Assembly: GCA_963695345.1 (NCBI GenBank)
Contig: OY968769.1
Coordinates: 2,176,001-2,240,000 of the forward strand
Length of the DNA: 64,000 nt
Direction of reading: 5' to 3'
DNA from: an uncultured Methanomassiliicoccales archaeon
GTDB lineage: Archaea; Thermoplasmatota; Thermoplasmata; Methanomassiliicoccales; UBA472
Shown: positions 1-12,141 of the stretch, one piece after another
How the letters are laid out: each line of letters starts with the position of its first letter
Numbering within the stretch: position 1 is the first letter of the stretch
Position numbers and translations under genes: made by a program
Notes under the pieces: model-generated
The model's input: the letters and a program-made list of their open reading frames with translations, nothing else
Databases searched by the model: none
What the model was told of the DNA's origin: nothing

Positions 1-1
1 G

Positions 2-316
2 GTCGGTAATGCGATCAAGTTCCGGAAGGCGGAACGACCCAAGGTCCACATATCCGCAGAGAGGAACGATGACATGTGGAAGTTCGCAGTGGCCGATAAC
101 GGAATAGGTCTGGATACCAGATACTCGGAGAGGGTCTTCCAGATGTTCCAAAGGCTGCACACCAAGGAGGAATACCCTGGTACCGGCGTGGGTCTGGCGG
201 TCGCCAAGAAGATTGTGGAACACCATGGCGGGCGGATTTGGTTCGAGTCCGAGGCTGGCCAGGGTACAACGTTCTATTTCACTATCAATGCTATTGAGAG
301 GAGTGTCCATGAATAG
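2..316 (+). CDS. Sensor histidine kinase, C-terminal HATPase_c fragment (5' end outside window)
   Basis: The frame is open from base 2 and shows N-box GNAIKF, G1 DNGIG, F-box VFQMFQRLH and G2 GTGVGLA. Its stop overlaps the start of the downstream response regulator. Confidence 0.93.
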   Translation, partial: VGNAIKFRKAERPKVHISAERNDDMWKFAVADNGIGLDTRYSERVFQMFQRLHTKEEYPGTGVGLAVAKKIVEHHGGRIWFESEAGQGTTFYFTINAIERSVHE

Positions 317-734
317 GTCGATAGAGGTCCTGCTGATCGAGGACAATCCGGCCGACGCATATCTGGCATGTGAATACCTGAACGATACCGGCTTTGATGT
401 TAGGGTGACAAAGCTCCAGGACGGGAAGGCGGCGATCGACTATTTTGAGGAGGTCCTTAGAGGCGTTCGGAATATGCCAGACCTCGTCCTGCTCGACCTG
501 AACCTGCCCAAGCAGAATGGGCAGGAGGTGCTGGAGTTCATACGGCGCCATGATAATGCGGTCACCGTATTGATCTACAGCGGTTCCGCATCCCCGATGG
601 ACCGGCAAAGGGCGGAGACCAGCCAAGTCAATGGGTACCTGGTCAAGCCGATGACCGGAGAAGAGATGGACGAGGTCGTTTTCCAGCTCAAGAAGGTCCT
701 GAAAGGCATAGATGGGCGTTTTGCCTCCTGCTAA
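309..734 (+). CDS. Single-domain response regulator (CheY/Rcp1-like)
   Basis: LLIEDN acidic pocket, phosphoacceptor LLDLNLP and LVKP lysine. ATG 309 overlaps the end of the kinase. Confidence 0.92.
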   Translation: MNRSIEVLLIEDNPADAYLACEYLNDTGFDVRVTKLQDGKAAIDYFEEVLRGVRNMPDLVLLDLNLPKQNGQEVLEFIRRHDNAVTVLIYSGSASPMDRQRAETSQVNGYLVKPMTGEEMDEVVFQLKKVLKGIDGRFASC

Positions 735-977
735 CGGGAGTTGGACCCACCAGATAGGCAGCCCTTGGTTGGGGGGTATGTCCTTGCATGTTTTTGAAAT
801 TCTAACAAATAGATTTAATTAATGGCCATGTTGATTCTTCACCATCGGGACACGCCCTAGGGAGGTGCATCGTATGGCATGTGGAAAATGCGCGCCAAAA
901 GGCGCGGATAAGAAGAAGGATGAGAAGAAAAAGAAGTGATATCCTTTCTGATCCACAAACCGTTTCCACCTTTATGG

Positions 978-1880
978 TCAGTTCTGTTTTGCCACGAATA
1001 TGATCGCGACAAAGGTTAACAGTGCACCGACGATCACGAACTGGTCTATCTGTTCCCCAAGGACCATCCAGCTGAGGACGACGGCAAAGGTCGATTCGAG
1101 CATCAGGACGGTCGCGGAGGTGACCACGCTGATATGTTTCAAAGCCTTGACCCACAGCATGGTGGGCACCGTTGAGCACATGACACCGATGTAGATCATG
1201 AGGGGGATCGCATCCCCATCGAAGTTGCTGACATTTCCCACCATTACCGCCATTAGTAGTAGAGTCAACGGAAGGAACATGTGCAGGCTGAGGGACCATT
1301 GGTCATATTCCATCTTCTTCAGGGCCACGCGGGACATGACGACCACCAGGCCGATGAAAACCGCAGACACCAGGACCAAGAGGTCGCCCACTAGCTGGTC
1401 GCCATTCAGGGTTGCTAGATCCCACTTCGTGGTCAGGGTGATCAGGCCCAGGAACCCAATGAGCAGTCCGATGCTCCTGTTCATTCCCAGCTTTTCCCCG
1501 AAGGCGAGGCGGGAGAATATGGCCACGAAAATGACGTTCGAACCGACGATGAGCCCGGCCACCGCCGCGGTGGTCATGGTCAGTCCAATGTATTGACTCG
1601 CCACCACACCGGTGTTCAGTATGGGCGCCGTCCAGAACTCCCACCTCCTGAACATGGAGAGCTGCAGTGAACCCCTCCATGCCATGAACGCGAGAATGAC
1701 CAGGGTGCCGACCCCCATGGCTATGGCGCCGAACAGGAACGGGTCCACGCTTCCGACCCCTACCTTCGCCGCCACATATGATGAGCCAAGCATCGCGCTC
1801 GATACGATGGTTATCAACAGCGCGGCCGACTCGTCGGAGGTTACGATCCTATTCTTCTTCAAGGTCTCAGGCCCACCCAA
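978..1880 (-). CDS. EamA/DMT family transporter
   Basis: 300 aa with about 10 hydrophobic helices and two EamA-like repeats ending FGEK and LGEQ. Start codon uncertain. Confidence 0.88.
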   Translation of the reverse strand: MGGPETLKKNRIVTSDESAALLITIVSSAMLGSSYVAAKVGVGSVDPFLFGAIAMGVGTLVILAFMAWRGSLQLSMFRRWEFWTAPILNTGVVASQYIGLTMTTAAVAGLIVGSNVIFVAIFSRLAFGEKLGMNRSIGLLIGFLGLITLTTKWDLATLNGDQLVGDLLVLVSAVFIGLVVVMSRVALKKMEYDQWSLSLHMFLPLTLLLMAVMVGNVSNFDGDAIPLMIYIGVMCSTVPTMLWVKALKHISVVTSATVLMLESTFAVVLSWMVLGEQIDQFVIVGALLTFVAIIFVAKQN

Positions 1881-1898
1881 GCTAGGGGCGGTCGGGAA

Positions 1899-2627
1899 TC
1901 AATGGTTTCCTATTTTATCTTGGCTATTGTCTCCCTCGTCATCCGGTCTTTGGGATATCCCTATTCTGTTCGCAACGCGTTCCAGACGGAGATCGATCAT
2001 AGTGATGATTCTCGAGAGATCGAGGCCATCCACGACCAGTCCGATCAATATCCCGATCAAGGCCCCGCTCGCCACATCATATGGGAAATGGACCCCGATA
2101 TACACTCGGCTGAAACCTACCGCCGCGGCCAGGAACAGAAGGGGCAGCAGGGCCCTGCGCCATTTCAGGCCGATCGCTATCGCCCCGGCGAAGGCGGTCA
2201 TGGCGTGAGCGGAGGGGAAGGAGGGGTCTGACGGCCGATACAAAGGGTCGACTGCCATGATGACATCGAACGGCCGCGGCCTGTCAATGGCATATTTCAT
2301 CGCGCCAGCGATCAGGATGACCATCAGCAACGCTACGAACAACGCGCCCGCTTCCTTCTTTCGGTGTATGGCCCACAGCAGTGGCACGACAAGGAACCAG
2401 ACGACAAGTGAGCCCAGTTCCGTAACGACTCGGGAGAACGATTTCAGGGCCGTCTCATATTGTTCCCTGGCCTCATGGAACAGCCAGACATCCAGGTCCG
2501 TGATCAACTTGAGCTGTAGGAGCAGCGTCAGGACGATGCAGGCAGTCATCAGGGCAACGATGGCGGTCGAGGTCCGGACGGTGAAAACCCTGTGGTAGTC
2601 ACTTGGCATTCCATCATTATCCCCCAT
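1899..2627 (-). CDS. PAP2 family (polyprenyl-pyrophosphate phosphatase-like) phosphatase
   Basis: Motifs KxxxxRPRP, SFPSAH and SRVYIGVHFPYDV. ATG 2627 chosen because a GAGGGGG SD-like sequence lies upstream. Confidence 0.92.
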   Translation of the reverse strand: MGDNDGMPSDYHRVFTVRTSTAIVALMTACIVLTLLLQLKLITDLDVWLFHEAREQYETALKSFSRVVTELGSLVVWFLVVPLLWAIHRKKEAGALFVALLMVILIAGAMKYAIDRPRPFDVIMAVDPLYRPSDPSFPSAHAMTAFAGAIAIGLKWRRALLPLLFLAAAVGFSRVYIGVHFPYDVASGALIGILIGLVVDGLDLSRIITMIDLRLERVANRIGISQRPDDEGDNSQDKIGNH

Positions 2628-2961
2628 GCTGCATTCCCCCCTCGATAGATCAGAAGGGAAGTGTCGGACCGATGATATCAAAGGTGCGTCCAATGATGGC
2701 CTGCACTAGGCATCCATCAGAGGAATGTGGCAAACGATCACCATCGCGCCGGACAGAAAACCATGGCTGAGGGATTTCACAGGGTGTGATATCGATATGT
2801 GCCATCGGGCAGTGCGTCCCATCCTCCACCTCGGGGCCCCAAGGGAAGGTCGACAGTCCATAATCAAATTTGTTGGCCTCCTAAAGCCATCTCATCTTGC
2901 TGCTCGGTCCCAGGTCTTCAGGAGAAAAGATTATCCATACCAGTATCTATTGTGCGTTTCA

Positions 2962-3780
2962 ATGATATTCGAGAGAGTGTTCCTCCCGCTAGATTTCTCC
3001 GATCAGTCCGATCTGATGGTGGACTGTATCGCTCAATTGAAGCGCTATGGGGCGAAGGAGGTCATTCTATTCTACGCCATACCAAAGGGGAGGGCGGCGG
3101 ATGCTTACGACGAGCGAAGGATGAACGAGTATGCCAGGATGATCACCGTGAACGGCATCCCGGCAAGAACGATCAAAGAGGTCGGCGATCCAGCAGGCAT
3201 GATAATAAAGGTCTCTAAGCGGGAGAAGGCGACCATTATCGCCATGGCACCCACCGGAAAGGGCAGGGCCAAGGAACTGTTGATAGGGTCGGTCTCCATC
3301 GCGGTCATGAGGAAATCGAGGATACCGGTGCTTCTGGGAAAATTTCCCTCCCTGAAGAGCGGCCAGAAGGAATGCGGGATGCTGGATTCGGCATTGATAT
3401 CGTTCGAGCTGACCCACGGTACGAAGCAGCTCATGGATATCACCCAGCAGATGGGGGATACGGGCATGAGGAGGGCCACGATATTCCATGTCATACACTC
3501 ATCGAAGCATGACATGGGGGACGACACGAGATTCCGCGAGGTCAAGGTGGAACTGGACCGGATCATGAACGAGCTTAAGACCCCGAACTGCGCATTGGAT
3601 ACCCACATCCATTTCGGGACCCCCTCGTACAACATCATGGAGGCGGCCCGCGAGATAAGCGCCGGCGTCATCGTCATGGGGGTCCGGAACAAGTCGCTGT
3701 GGCGCAAGATCGCCCTGGGAACCACGACCGAGGTCCTCATCCGTCAGTCACCGACCAACATACTGCTGGTTCCCTGCTGA
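2962..3780 (+). CDS. Universal stress protein (tandem USP domains)
   Basis: VFLPLDFS start, GSVSxxVMRKSRIPVL, and a second domain ending GTTTEVLIRQSPTNILLVP. Confidence 0.9.
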   Translation: MIFERVFLPLDFSDQSDLMVDCIAQLKRYGAKEVILFYAIPKGRAADAYDERRMNEYARMITVNGIPARTIKEVGDPAGMIIKVSKREKATIIAMAPTGKGRAKELLIGSVSIAVMRKSRIPVLLGKFPSLKSGQKECGMLDSALISFELTHGTKQLMDITQQMGDTGMRRATIFHVIHSSKHDMGDDTRFREVKVELDRIMNELKTPNCALDTHIHFGTPSYNIMEAAREISAGVIVMGVRNKSLWRKIALGTTTEVLIRQSPTNILLVPC

Positions 3781-3846
3781 CGCCTGCTCCAAATTATAAA
3801 GCTCGACAATCAATTATATATCGACCATCCACTGTAAACGTCCAAA

Positions 3847-5356
3847 ATGATTGGCCGCAGGTCCCTATCTGATCGTCATCACCACAGTCCTAACGTCGTT
3901 GTTGGCCTTCGTGGGTCTTTTTGCGATGACGAACTACCTGGGCAAGGATGTATACGGAAATCTGGCCTGGGTGCTGGCGACGTTGGGAACGCTCAATGTG
4001 GTGGCCGATCTCGGGTTTATCAGCGCTCACATCAAGAGGCTGTCGGAAGGAAAGGATGAGGCGGACTGCATCTCCACCTTCATCGTGATCAAGCTGGTGC
4101 TTGTCGGGGTGATGGTGGTGTTCGTTTTCGTCACCCTTTTCCTCTGGACCTGGCTGCTCGGGGGGACCATATCCCAGGAAGCGTGGACCCTGGTCATCCT
4201 CTTCGTGCTTTACTTCATCATGTATGACATCGCCAACATTGCCATTGCCACGTTCACTGCCAGGATGGAGACCACGAAATCGCAGCTGGTCGCTTTCGTG
4301 GACCCGATCATACGCATTCCCCTGATAATCTTCGTTTCCGTCAACCATATGGCCGCCATTGACCTGGCCTTCGCCTACGTCTTTGCCTCAATGGGGGTCC
4401 TTATCGCCGGCCTATATCTCTTGACCCGGGGCAATTTCCGCTGGAAGAGACCGACCCTTTTCCGTTCCTATCTGAAGTTCGCCCTGCCCATATCCATCAT
4501 CGCCATCGCCGGGGCCATCACCGTCAACCTGGACAAGATCCTCATCGGCTACTTCGATTCACCTGGGAACGTGGCTTACTATTCCTCCGCCCAGACGCTT
4601 CTGGCAACGATCGCGGTCATAGGCACGGCGGTGTCGACCCTGACCTTTCCCTCGTTCTCCAAGATGCACAGCGAGGGCAACCTCGAAGGGATACGACAGG
4701 TCACCCATGATGCTGAACGTTACATCTCTATGTTCGGGATACCGGTCGCCACCCTGATCATCATCTTCCCTTCCGAGATCAGTATAGCTCTGTTCGGGCA
4801 GCAATTCGCCGCGGCCGGGGATACCATGAGGTATCTGGGCATCGCGATGGCGCTCGGCCTCCTTAACCAGATATATTACTCCCAGATCCTTGGGGTGAAC
4901 CGGCCTGACATATCCGCCCGGATCGTGCTCTTCACCTTCCTGATCAACTGCATCTTGATGCTGATCTTCGTTCCGAAGACGCTATTGGGGGTCAACATGC
5001 TCGGCATGTCCTATACCGGAGCGGCGATCGCGACCTCGATCACGGCCATTATCATGTTCGTCTCGGTCCGAACCCTCGTAAGTCGTCTCACCGGTACGAA
5101 GAGCAATCCCCGGATATTGAGACACATTCTCGCCGGTATCGCTACCGGCGTGTTGCTCTACGGGTTGGACCTGGTATTCCCGATGGACGGGCTATTCCGT
5201 CTGATCATCTACGGCCTGGTGACATTGGCAACATTCTTTGCCGCCTTGGTCGTCCTGAAGGAATTTACCCGGGCCGATCTCGTATACATCATGGACATCG
5301 TGAACCCCTCAAAGATGTTCAGTTATATGGGGGACGAGATGAAGAACAAGAAATGA
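3847..5356 (+). CDS. Wzx-like oligosaccharide flippase (frameshift near start)
   Basis: About 500-aa polytopic MOP-family protein and paralogue of 32856-34364. ATG 3847 gives MIGRRS, matching the paralogue's MIGRRT, and joins the long frame if one C of CCC at 3863-3865 is removed. Confidence 0.87.
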
Positions 5357-5920
5357 TCAATGTCCCTGATCCTTCGTCAGAGGGATGGTTTACCTCAAAT
5401 CGGCAGCCTGAAGAAAGGGATTCCTGCCGTTCCTCTCGTTTTAGGTCCATGCCCTATGCAAAAAGGGCATATCAAGAATACTTCGTCTCAAAACCTCTAA
5501 GCGGTTCAAATAAAAGTGGAGGCAGGACCAACTCTCCGGTGTCGGCTGGAGCTCATCGATCCTAGCCTCTAGGTCGAATCAAAGAAATGTTATCTATTAA
5601 TATATTGCCATTATTGGATGATATAAAATAATGCTTCTCGGCCCTTTTTGGAAAAAATCGAGTGCCTAATAGGGAAATGATGCCACCATCCAACAGTCCC
5701 GGTAAATGCTCATATATGTGCTGAGAGCGATGAATTTTCCCGGCATCGAAGAGGCGTGCGTTTGCCATGCTCTTGCATCAATGCCTATATGATTAGATTC
5801 TAGGAGTAACAGGGAATTCCAAAAACGATATCAAAGATAGTTAGTGGAGCGATCTCATCCGTCACGATGCCTCTCGTGACGTCCATTGCCTCTTCCACCA
5901 TTGAGCCGATCTAGATCTCC

Positions 5921-6859
5921 TCACATCGAGGCGATGGTCAGCTCGACCCCTTTCTCGATGGTATACTCCGGTTTGTATCCCAGCAGCGCCTTCGCCCTGC
6001 CGATATCGGCGAGAGAATGCTTGATATCCCCGGCCCTTTCCGGTTGATAGTCGATCTGGCATTTCTTGCCCAATTTGCCGAAGATCATGTTCGCCAGTTC
6101 ATTGAGCGAGATGCGCTCCTGCCGGGCGATGTTGAACACCTCGCCGTTCGATTCGGTGTCCACCGCCGCCCTGAGATTGGCCTGGACGACGTCCAGTACA
6201 TAGGTGAAATCCCGGGTCTGCTCTCCGTCACCGTAGACGATCACCTTCTTACCCGCTTTGGCCAGCTGAATGAATTTCGGTATGACCGCGGCATATTGCG
6301 AGTCGGGGTCCTGTCTGGGTCCGAATACATTGAAGTAACGGAGCGCTGCGGTGGGCAACCGGTAGTTCTTCCAGAACACCCGGCAGTACTGTTCCGCCGC
6401 CATCTTGGTCACGGCGTAGGGGGACTGCGGGTTCAACAGCATGGTCTCGACCTTCGGCAATACCGGGGTATCTCCATAGACCGAAGAGGACGATGCGAAC
6501 ACGACCTTCCTCACATTGCACTTGCGGGCCATGATGAGAAGGTTCAGAGTGCCCTCGATGTTATTGATATTGGACGGCATCGGGTCCTCGACGCTGCGCG
6601 GCACCGAGGGCAGGGCCCCCTGATGCAACACGTAGTCGGCCCCGGTAAGTGCTTCCCGAAGCTTGTCGAGATCATTGATGCTTCCCTCGATGAACCTGCA
6701 TTCGATGTTCTCCAGGTTGGAACGGTGGCCGGTCAGGAGGTTATCGATGACGGTCACGTCGTTCTTCCGCGCCAGTACCTGGGCGATGTTAGAGCCGATG
6801 AAGCCCGCGCCCCCGGTGACGCAGACCTTCTTGCCCTCGATGATACTGTCCAGCTGCAT
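5921..6859 (-). CDS. NAD-dependent nucleotide-sugar 4-epimerase (WbpP/TviC-like SDR)
   Basis: TGGAGFIG, ALPSVPRS, ASSSSVYG, YxxxK (YAVTK) and RYFNVFGPRQD. Confidence 0.92.
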   Translation of the reverse strand: MQLDSIIEGKKVCVTGGAGFIGSNIAQVLARKNDVTVIDNLLTGHRSNLENIECRFIEGSINDLDKLREALTGADYVLHQGALPSVPRSVEDPMPSNINNIEGTLNLLIMARKCNVRKVVFASSSSVYGDTPVLPKVETMLLNPQSPYAVTKMAAEQYCRVFWKNYRLPTAALRYFNVFGPRQDPDSQYAAVIPKFIQLAKAGKKVIVYGDGEQTRDFTYVLDVVQANLRAAVDTESNGEVFNIARQERISLNELANMIFGKLGKKCQIDYQPERAGDIKHSLADIGRAKALLGYKPEYTIEKGVELTIASM

Positions 6860-8230
6860 CAGTTGTCCCTTCCTGCCCCTATGCCCTTGTAGATGAACCC
6901 GAGGCCCTTAAGCTCTTCCGCGTCGAAGACCCTGCGGCCATCGACGAACACCGGGTTCGGTTTCATGAGCTTCTTGACCTTCTTGAGGTCCAGTTCCTTG
7001 AAGCTCTGGTGCGGCACCATGAACACGACCGCCTGCGCCCCTTTCAGGGCCTCGTATGGGTCGCTCGAGGTGCTTCTCCTCCGGTATCCCGAACTCGCTG
7101 TGGACGACCTTGGCGGTGACGAACGGGTCGACGGTGACGATGTCCGCCTCCATCGACTTCAGTTCTTCGACCAGTTTCAGTGACGGGGTCTTCCTGGTGT
7201 CGCCCACGTTCTCCTTGTAGCTGACCCCCAGGATGACGATCTTCGACCCCTTGACCGGCTTCTCGATCTGGTTGAGGCCCTTGGTCAGCAGCAGGAACAC
7301 GTGATGCGGCATCAGGTCGTTGATCTTCCTGCCGGCGGTGATGATCTGCGCGTGGTAGCCAAGCTTCTCCGCCGTCTTGACCAGGTAGTAAGGGTCCTTG
7401 GGCAGGCAATGGCCTCCCACCCCGGCTCCCGGATAGTACCGGTTGAAGTTCCACTTGGTGGCGGCGGCATTGATGACCTCCATGACGTCCAGACCCATCT
7501 TCTCCATGATCAGCGCCACTTCGTTCATGAGCGCGATGTTCAGGTCACGCTGGGTGTTCTCGATGATCTTGGCCGCCTCCGCCGTCTTGATGTTGCGCAC
7601 CGGGACCACTCCCTCGCCGGTGATGTGGTTGTAAAGGAACACGGCCGTCTCGGTGGAGCGCGGATTGATGCCTGCCACGATCCTGCGGGTCTTGTCGATG
7701 GTATGCAACGGGTCACCCGGGTTGTACCTTTCCGGGCAATAGGCCAGGTCGAAGTCTATGCCGGCCTTCAGGCCGGATTCCTCAAGGATGGGCTTCAGCG
7801 TTCCCTCGGTGACTCCCGGGTATACGGTCGACTCCAGAATGACCAGCTTGCCTTTCTTCAATCCTTTGGAGATGTCTCTGCCTGCACCCTCGATGTAACT
7901 GAGGTCCGGTTCCTCGCCCTCCTTTGTCGGGGTCGGCACGATGATGATAATGACGTCATTCTCCTGGGTCGCCTTGACCGTGTCACTGGTGGCGACCAAT
8001 TTCTTCCTGGTCACGACATCCTTCACCCTTTCGTCCAGGTTGAGGTCGGTGAGCGGTGATATGCCGTCGTTGATGAGGCGGACGGATTCCTTCTTCATCT
8101 CACACCCGGTGACGTCGAATCCCGCCTCTGCGAACAGCACTGCCGTAGGAAGTCCTACGTAACCCAAACCGACAATTGCGATCTTAAGGTCCTTGCCCTT
8201 CCGTGTTGATGCCTTTTTGCTGCTCTGCAT
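6859..8230 (-). CDS. UDP-N-acetylhexosamine/UDP-glucose 6-dehydrogenase family (WecC/TviB-like), C-terminal frameshift
   Basis: GLGYVG, ESTVYPG, PERxxPG and catalytic GGHCL. Shifting frame near 7065 restores SDPYEALKGAQAVVFMVPH...VDGRRVF and a stop that overlaps the next ATG (TGATG at 6861-6857). Confidence 0.9.
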
Positions 8231-8286
8231 TAATGGTGAATAAAAGCGAAGATGGATATACGTTTGCTCGTTAAAATCAAATCGCT

Positions 8287-10705
8287 CTATTGTCTGGCTA
8301 TCATTTTCGCACTTAGCGAATCGATGTCTCCATCGATGATGCTTGTGGAAAGAGCGTTGCCAAATCCTTCGAATAGGCTGCGGGCCTTGCGGAACTCATC
8401 GACCGCCTGTTCCATGTGTCCCTGCTCGGTGAGCGACTCAGCGTACCAGGCATGGACCGTCGCCTCGTACAGGGGGCCGAACCTGGTACCCCGGAACTTC
8501 GGGATCGCGCTCTGGAACAGCTGGTTGGCGTTGCCGTAGTCCTTCTTCCGGCTCAACACCGATGCCTTCACCGCCATGGCCAGGGTCCCGATGGCTGGCT
8601 GTCCGAAGGCGATATCCTCGATGTTATTGAGCGATGCATCGGCCAGTATCTCCGCTTTGGCCAGATTTCCCTCGCGCTGTTCGATATGAGCCATCACCAC
8701 ATTCTGCCAGGGGGTCCCTCCGCCCCTCTTGAGCGATTCATGGCTGGCCTCCACCACGATCTCCCTGGCCTTGGCGATGTCGCCGGCCAGGTCCAGAGCG
8801 AATGTCTTGTCGAACTGGATCATTTCGGTGCGGACCCGGTCCCCCGCCCGCCGGGAGATGTCCATGCAATGGTCGAACACCGGGATCGCCTTCTCCACCT
8901 GGCCTTTGCATAGGTAGGCGATGCCCAGAGCCTCATTGGCGTCCACCTCATTGGCGAAGTTGGGATGCTCCTGGGCGGTGCGGATGGCGTGGGTGAGCGT
9001 CTTGATGGCCAGGTCTGCCTTGCCCTGCCTCAGCTGCAGGTCGCCATACTGCATCATTTCCTTTGCCCATCGGTCGACAGCGCCGTGGTCCTTGAACGAT
9101 TTCATCGCCGCCTGGCAAAGGCTCTCTGCGTCGTCCAGCTCACCCTTGGCCATGAGCGCTCCGGCAATGCTGCTCTTGCATTCCGCGGTCTCATAGTCAT
9201 CGCCCGATTCAATGAGCGCCTGAAGGACCAGGGATAACGAGATATCGTTCCCCTTCTCCGTCGTCTTGTTCTTGGTGCAGGTGGACTTCTTTCTCAGCAG
9301 GCGCGCCCGGTCCGATGAGGTGGACCTCTTGATAGCCTTATCATAGCAGTCCAGGGCGCGGGCCTTTCGTCCCTGTCCGAAGTATGCGTCCCCTATCCCT
9401 TCGTAGGACTCAAGCACAGAATCGGCACGCCCAGACTCTCCGACCAGGTCAAGCACCCTGCGGAAATAGAGCTTCGCTTCCGGATGCCCTCCCCATACTG
9501 AACAGATCCTTCCTGCCAGCAGGGAGAATTTTACACAGCGGTCCTGGTCCCCGGCGAGGAACCATTGCCTTGACAGCTCTCCGAGGCACTCTTCGCGATA
9601 TCCTTCCGCCTCCATCGCCGTCGCCACCGATCTGTGGATCTCCTTCGATCTCCGCCTCGGGTACTAGGTCGATCACGGCCCTGCGCACACGCTCGTGGGG
9701 GAATTTGAATTGGCTGCCATGGCAATCGACCAGGGCGCTCTTCTTGTGAATATCCCTGATGATCCTGGTGACCTCGTCCGGTCTGATCCCTACGGACTTT
9801 GCCAGGGCGAAGACGTCCGTTCCCGGTTCGAAGGCAGTGGCCCGGTAGATGATCTGCCTTTCGGCGTCATTCAACGATTCCAGTCTCAGCCTGATCGCGT
9901 CACCGAGGGTCATGGGCACATCGGTGACCTCCCCGGAACGGAGAACCCCATCGCGCAGCTCCAGGGCAGCGCTGAAGGTGACCGTCTTGGTCGACTCGAT
10001 ACCGATCAGCGGGTTTCCCCGGGCGGTCTTAACGACCTTGTCGACCAGGTTCTTGGGCAGGTTCAACTGGAACCTACCGGTGATGATCCGGGCGGTCTCT
10101 TCCGGTGCCAGCTGGGTCAACTCCACCGAGTGGTCTAATCCGTCCAGTGAGGCGTTGGAAATGAAATCGTTGATGTGGGAACGCCCCTCCTCGTCCACTT
10201 TGACCTCATCCTTGCATATGGTGAAGATGAATCGGGGCCCTTCCTTGTCACCCGAACGCACAAGATAATCGAGTAGTCTGATCGAAGGCGAATCGGCCCT
10301 CTGCAGGTCCTCAAACACCACGAGCACCGGTCTCTTGCGGGACAATTCCAAAAGATAGGATTCCCATGCCAATAAGATACCGTCCCGGGAACCTGTCGCC
10401 CTTTCATCTTGGAAAGGAGTAGGTAAGGAGTCAGGTATCCTTCTTAGCCGCTCTGAGAGTTCCCGGAAGGGAGCGTAGGGGAACGGAGAGTCACGTCCGC
10501 AGCTAATTGTGACGACCGTGAAGCCTTTGGACTCGGCGATCTTCGAGGCCTCTTTTGCGAGGCGTGTCTTGCCGATACCAGCTGGCCCTGAGATGGTGAT
10601 CATCGGCGGACGGGTCAAACTCCGGTCAAATAGACTGCTGAGTATGCCGTCCAGTTCGTTGCGTCTTCCGACGAACGAGATGTTCTCCCTCTCCAAAAGC
10701 GACAC
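8287..10705 (-). CDS. AAA_16/STAND-like ATPase fused to TPR repeats (split by frameshift near 9645)
   Basis: FVGRxxEL, Walker A GPAGIGKT, Walker B VVFEDLQRAD, GNPL and FKFPHExVR. The frame change gives KEIHRSVATAME, followed by TPR-like helical repeats. Confidence 0.82.
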
Positions 10706-11097
10706 AGATAGGGGTTATCTTCTGGAGTATTTTATGGTTTCCCGAGCTGCTCAAAATTTGTATCCTCCGAAAAAAGGGGATGAAATTCCATCGGATCCGC
10801 CGATTTTTTCCTGATGCCGTACCCTTGAAACCAATCGATTTAAGGTGCCTCGCTCTCACCGTCCATACCATTTTGGGAAAGGTTCCCCGGCCACTTCATC
10901 ACCAACCGGTAACCAGCTCGGTCGGGAGAGGTTCACTCCTCCCCGTAAGTCCCATTCGTGCTATCACTGCCTTCAACAAGATTGCCGAGAGCAATGGCCT
11001 CTTCATCGGGCGTCGCATCTGGGACCTCAGACCGATAAACCAGGGCAAAGGGGATGAACTCCAACCTACGTAGAGTGTATTGTATGGGGGCGATGGC

Positions 11098-12141
11098 ATG
11101 ATATCCGAGCTTAACGAAAGGGCGCGTTTGCTGCGCGCTCTCGACATGGATCCATTGGACCGGATCCCATGCGTAAGCCCTCTCCAGACCGGCACATTGG
11201 AGCTCATGCAAATGAGCGGTTGCTCCTGGCCAGACGCCTTTCGCGATCCTAGGAAGATGTATTGCCTTAGCCGGGCGGCCCATGACATTGCCGGGTTGGA
11301 AGGGGTCCGGGTGCCCTTCGATGTTACCGGGGAGGCGAGCGTTCTAGGGGCTGAGACCGGCCGTGAGGCGGTTGACCGTCAACCATCGATATCAAGACCG
11401 GCGTTGAACGACCTCGAAGGTCTGGAAAGGCTCGAGGTGGTTGAGCCTGCGTCTGGCAGGGCCACCAAGGCGGTGCTATCGGCGGTGGACACGCTGTTCT
11501 CCAGGATGGAGGGAGTGCCGGTGATCTGCGGCATCGTCGCTCCATTCATGCTCGCCTGCCAGCTGCTGGGCCTGGAGCAGACCCTGATGAACCTGATGAA
11601 CGACCCCTCCTTCGTACGCATGCTGGTTAGGAAGGCGGAAAAGTTCGATCAGATGTATGTCGTCGCTGCGGTCGATGCCGGCGCGGATGTCATTACAATC
11701 ATAGACGCCACTGCCAGCGGTGACATTTTGAGCACCCAGCACTATGAGGATTTTGCCCTTCCTTCGGAGACTGGCCTGGCGCTCAGGGCGCGCTTCGGGG
11801 GGGCCCGTTCGGTGTTGCACATCTGCGGCCATACGGAGCACTTGCTGACCTCCATAAGGGGGTCGGGGGCGACGGCCTTGAGCGTAGACCAGTGCATGGA
11901 CCTGGTAAGGGTCAAGGAAGCCTTGCGGACGGATATGGCGCTGGTCGGAAACGTGAGCCCCACCGAGTCCCTCCTGTTCGGGACCTCGGACATGGTCGAA
12001 AAGGAATCGGAGGCCTGTTGCCGTGCTGGGGTGGATATCCTATCACCAGGATGCGGTCTGGCGCCGAGGACGCCTACCAGGAACATCAGGGCCATGGTAG
12101 GAACGGTGAAACAATTCCCGCCTTGCGGCTATCCTCGTTGA
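11098..12141 (+). CDS. MtaA/CmuA-family methylcobamide:CoM methyltransferase (URO-D fold)
   Basis: RVPFD, Zn-ligand motifs LHICG and SPGCG, and GNVSP. Substrate subtype (MtaA/MtbA/MtsA) cannot be resolved by eye. Confidence 0.87.
   Translation: MISELNERARLLRALDMDPLDRIPCVSPLQTGTLELMQMSGCSWPDAFRDPRKMYCLSRAAHDIAGLEGVRVPFDVTGEASVLGAETGREAVDRQPSISRPALNDLEGLERLEVVEPASGRATKAVLSAVDTLFSRMEGVPVICGIVAPFMLACQLLGLEQTLMNLMNDPSFVRMLVRKAEKFDQMYVVAAVDAGADVITIIDATASGDILSTQHYEDFALPSETGLALRARFGGARSVLHICGHTEHLLTSIRGSGATALSVDQCMDLVRVKEALRTDMALVGNVSPTESLLFGTSDMVEKESEACCRAGVDILSPGCGLAPRTPTRNIRAMVGTVKQFPPCGYPR

Noticed and set aside
5670-5730. ATGATG...CTGA as a C/D box sRNA
   Set aside because: The C box is imperfect (ATGATGC) and no clear internal D'/C' boxes or guide complementarity were found.
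10780-11097. TAG at 11071-11073 in frame with the MtaA-like gene, suggesting pyrrolysine read-through
   Set aside because: The methyltransferase looks complete from ATG 11098, the upstream ORF resembles nothing recognisable, and MtaA-family proteins are not known pyrrolysine proteins.
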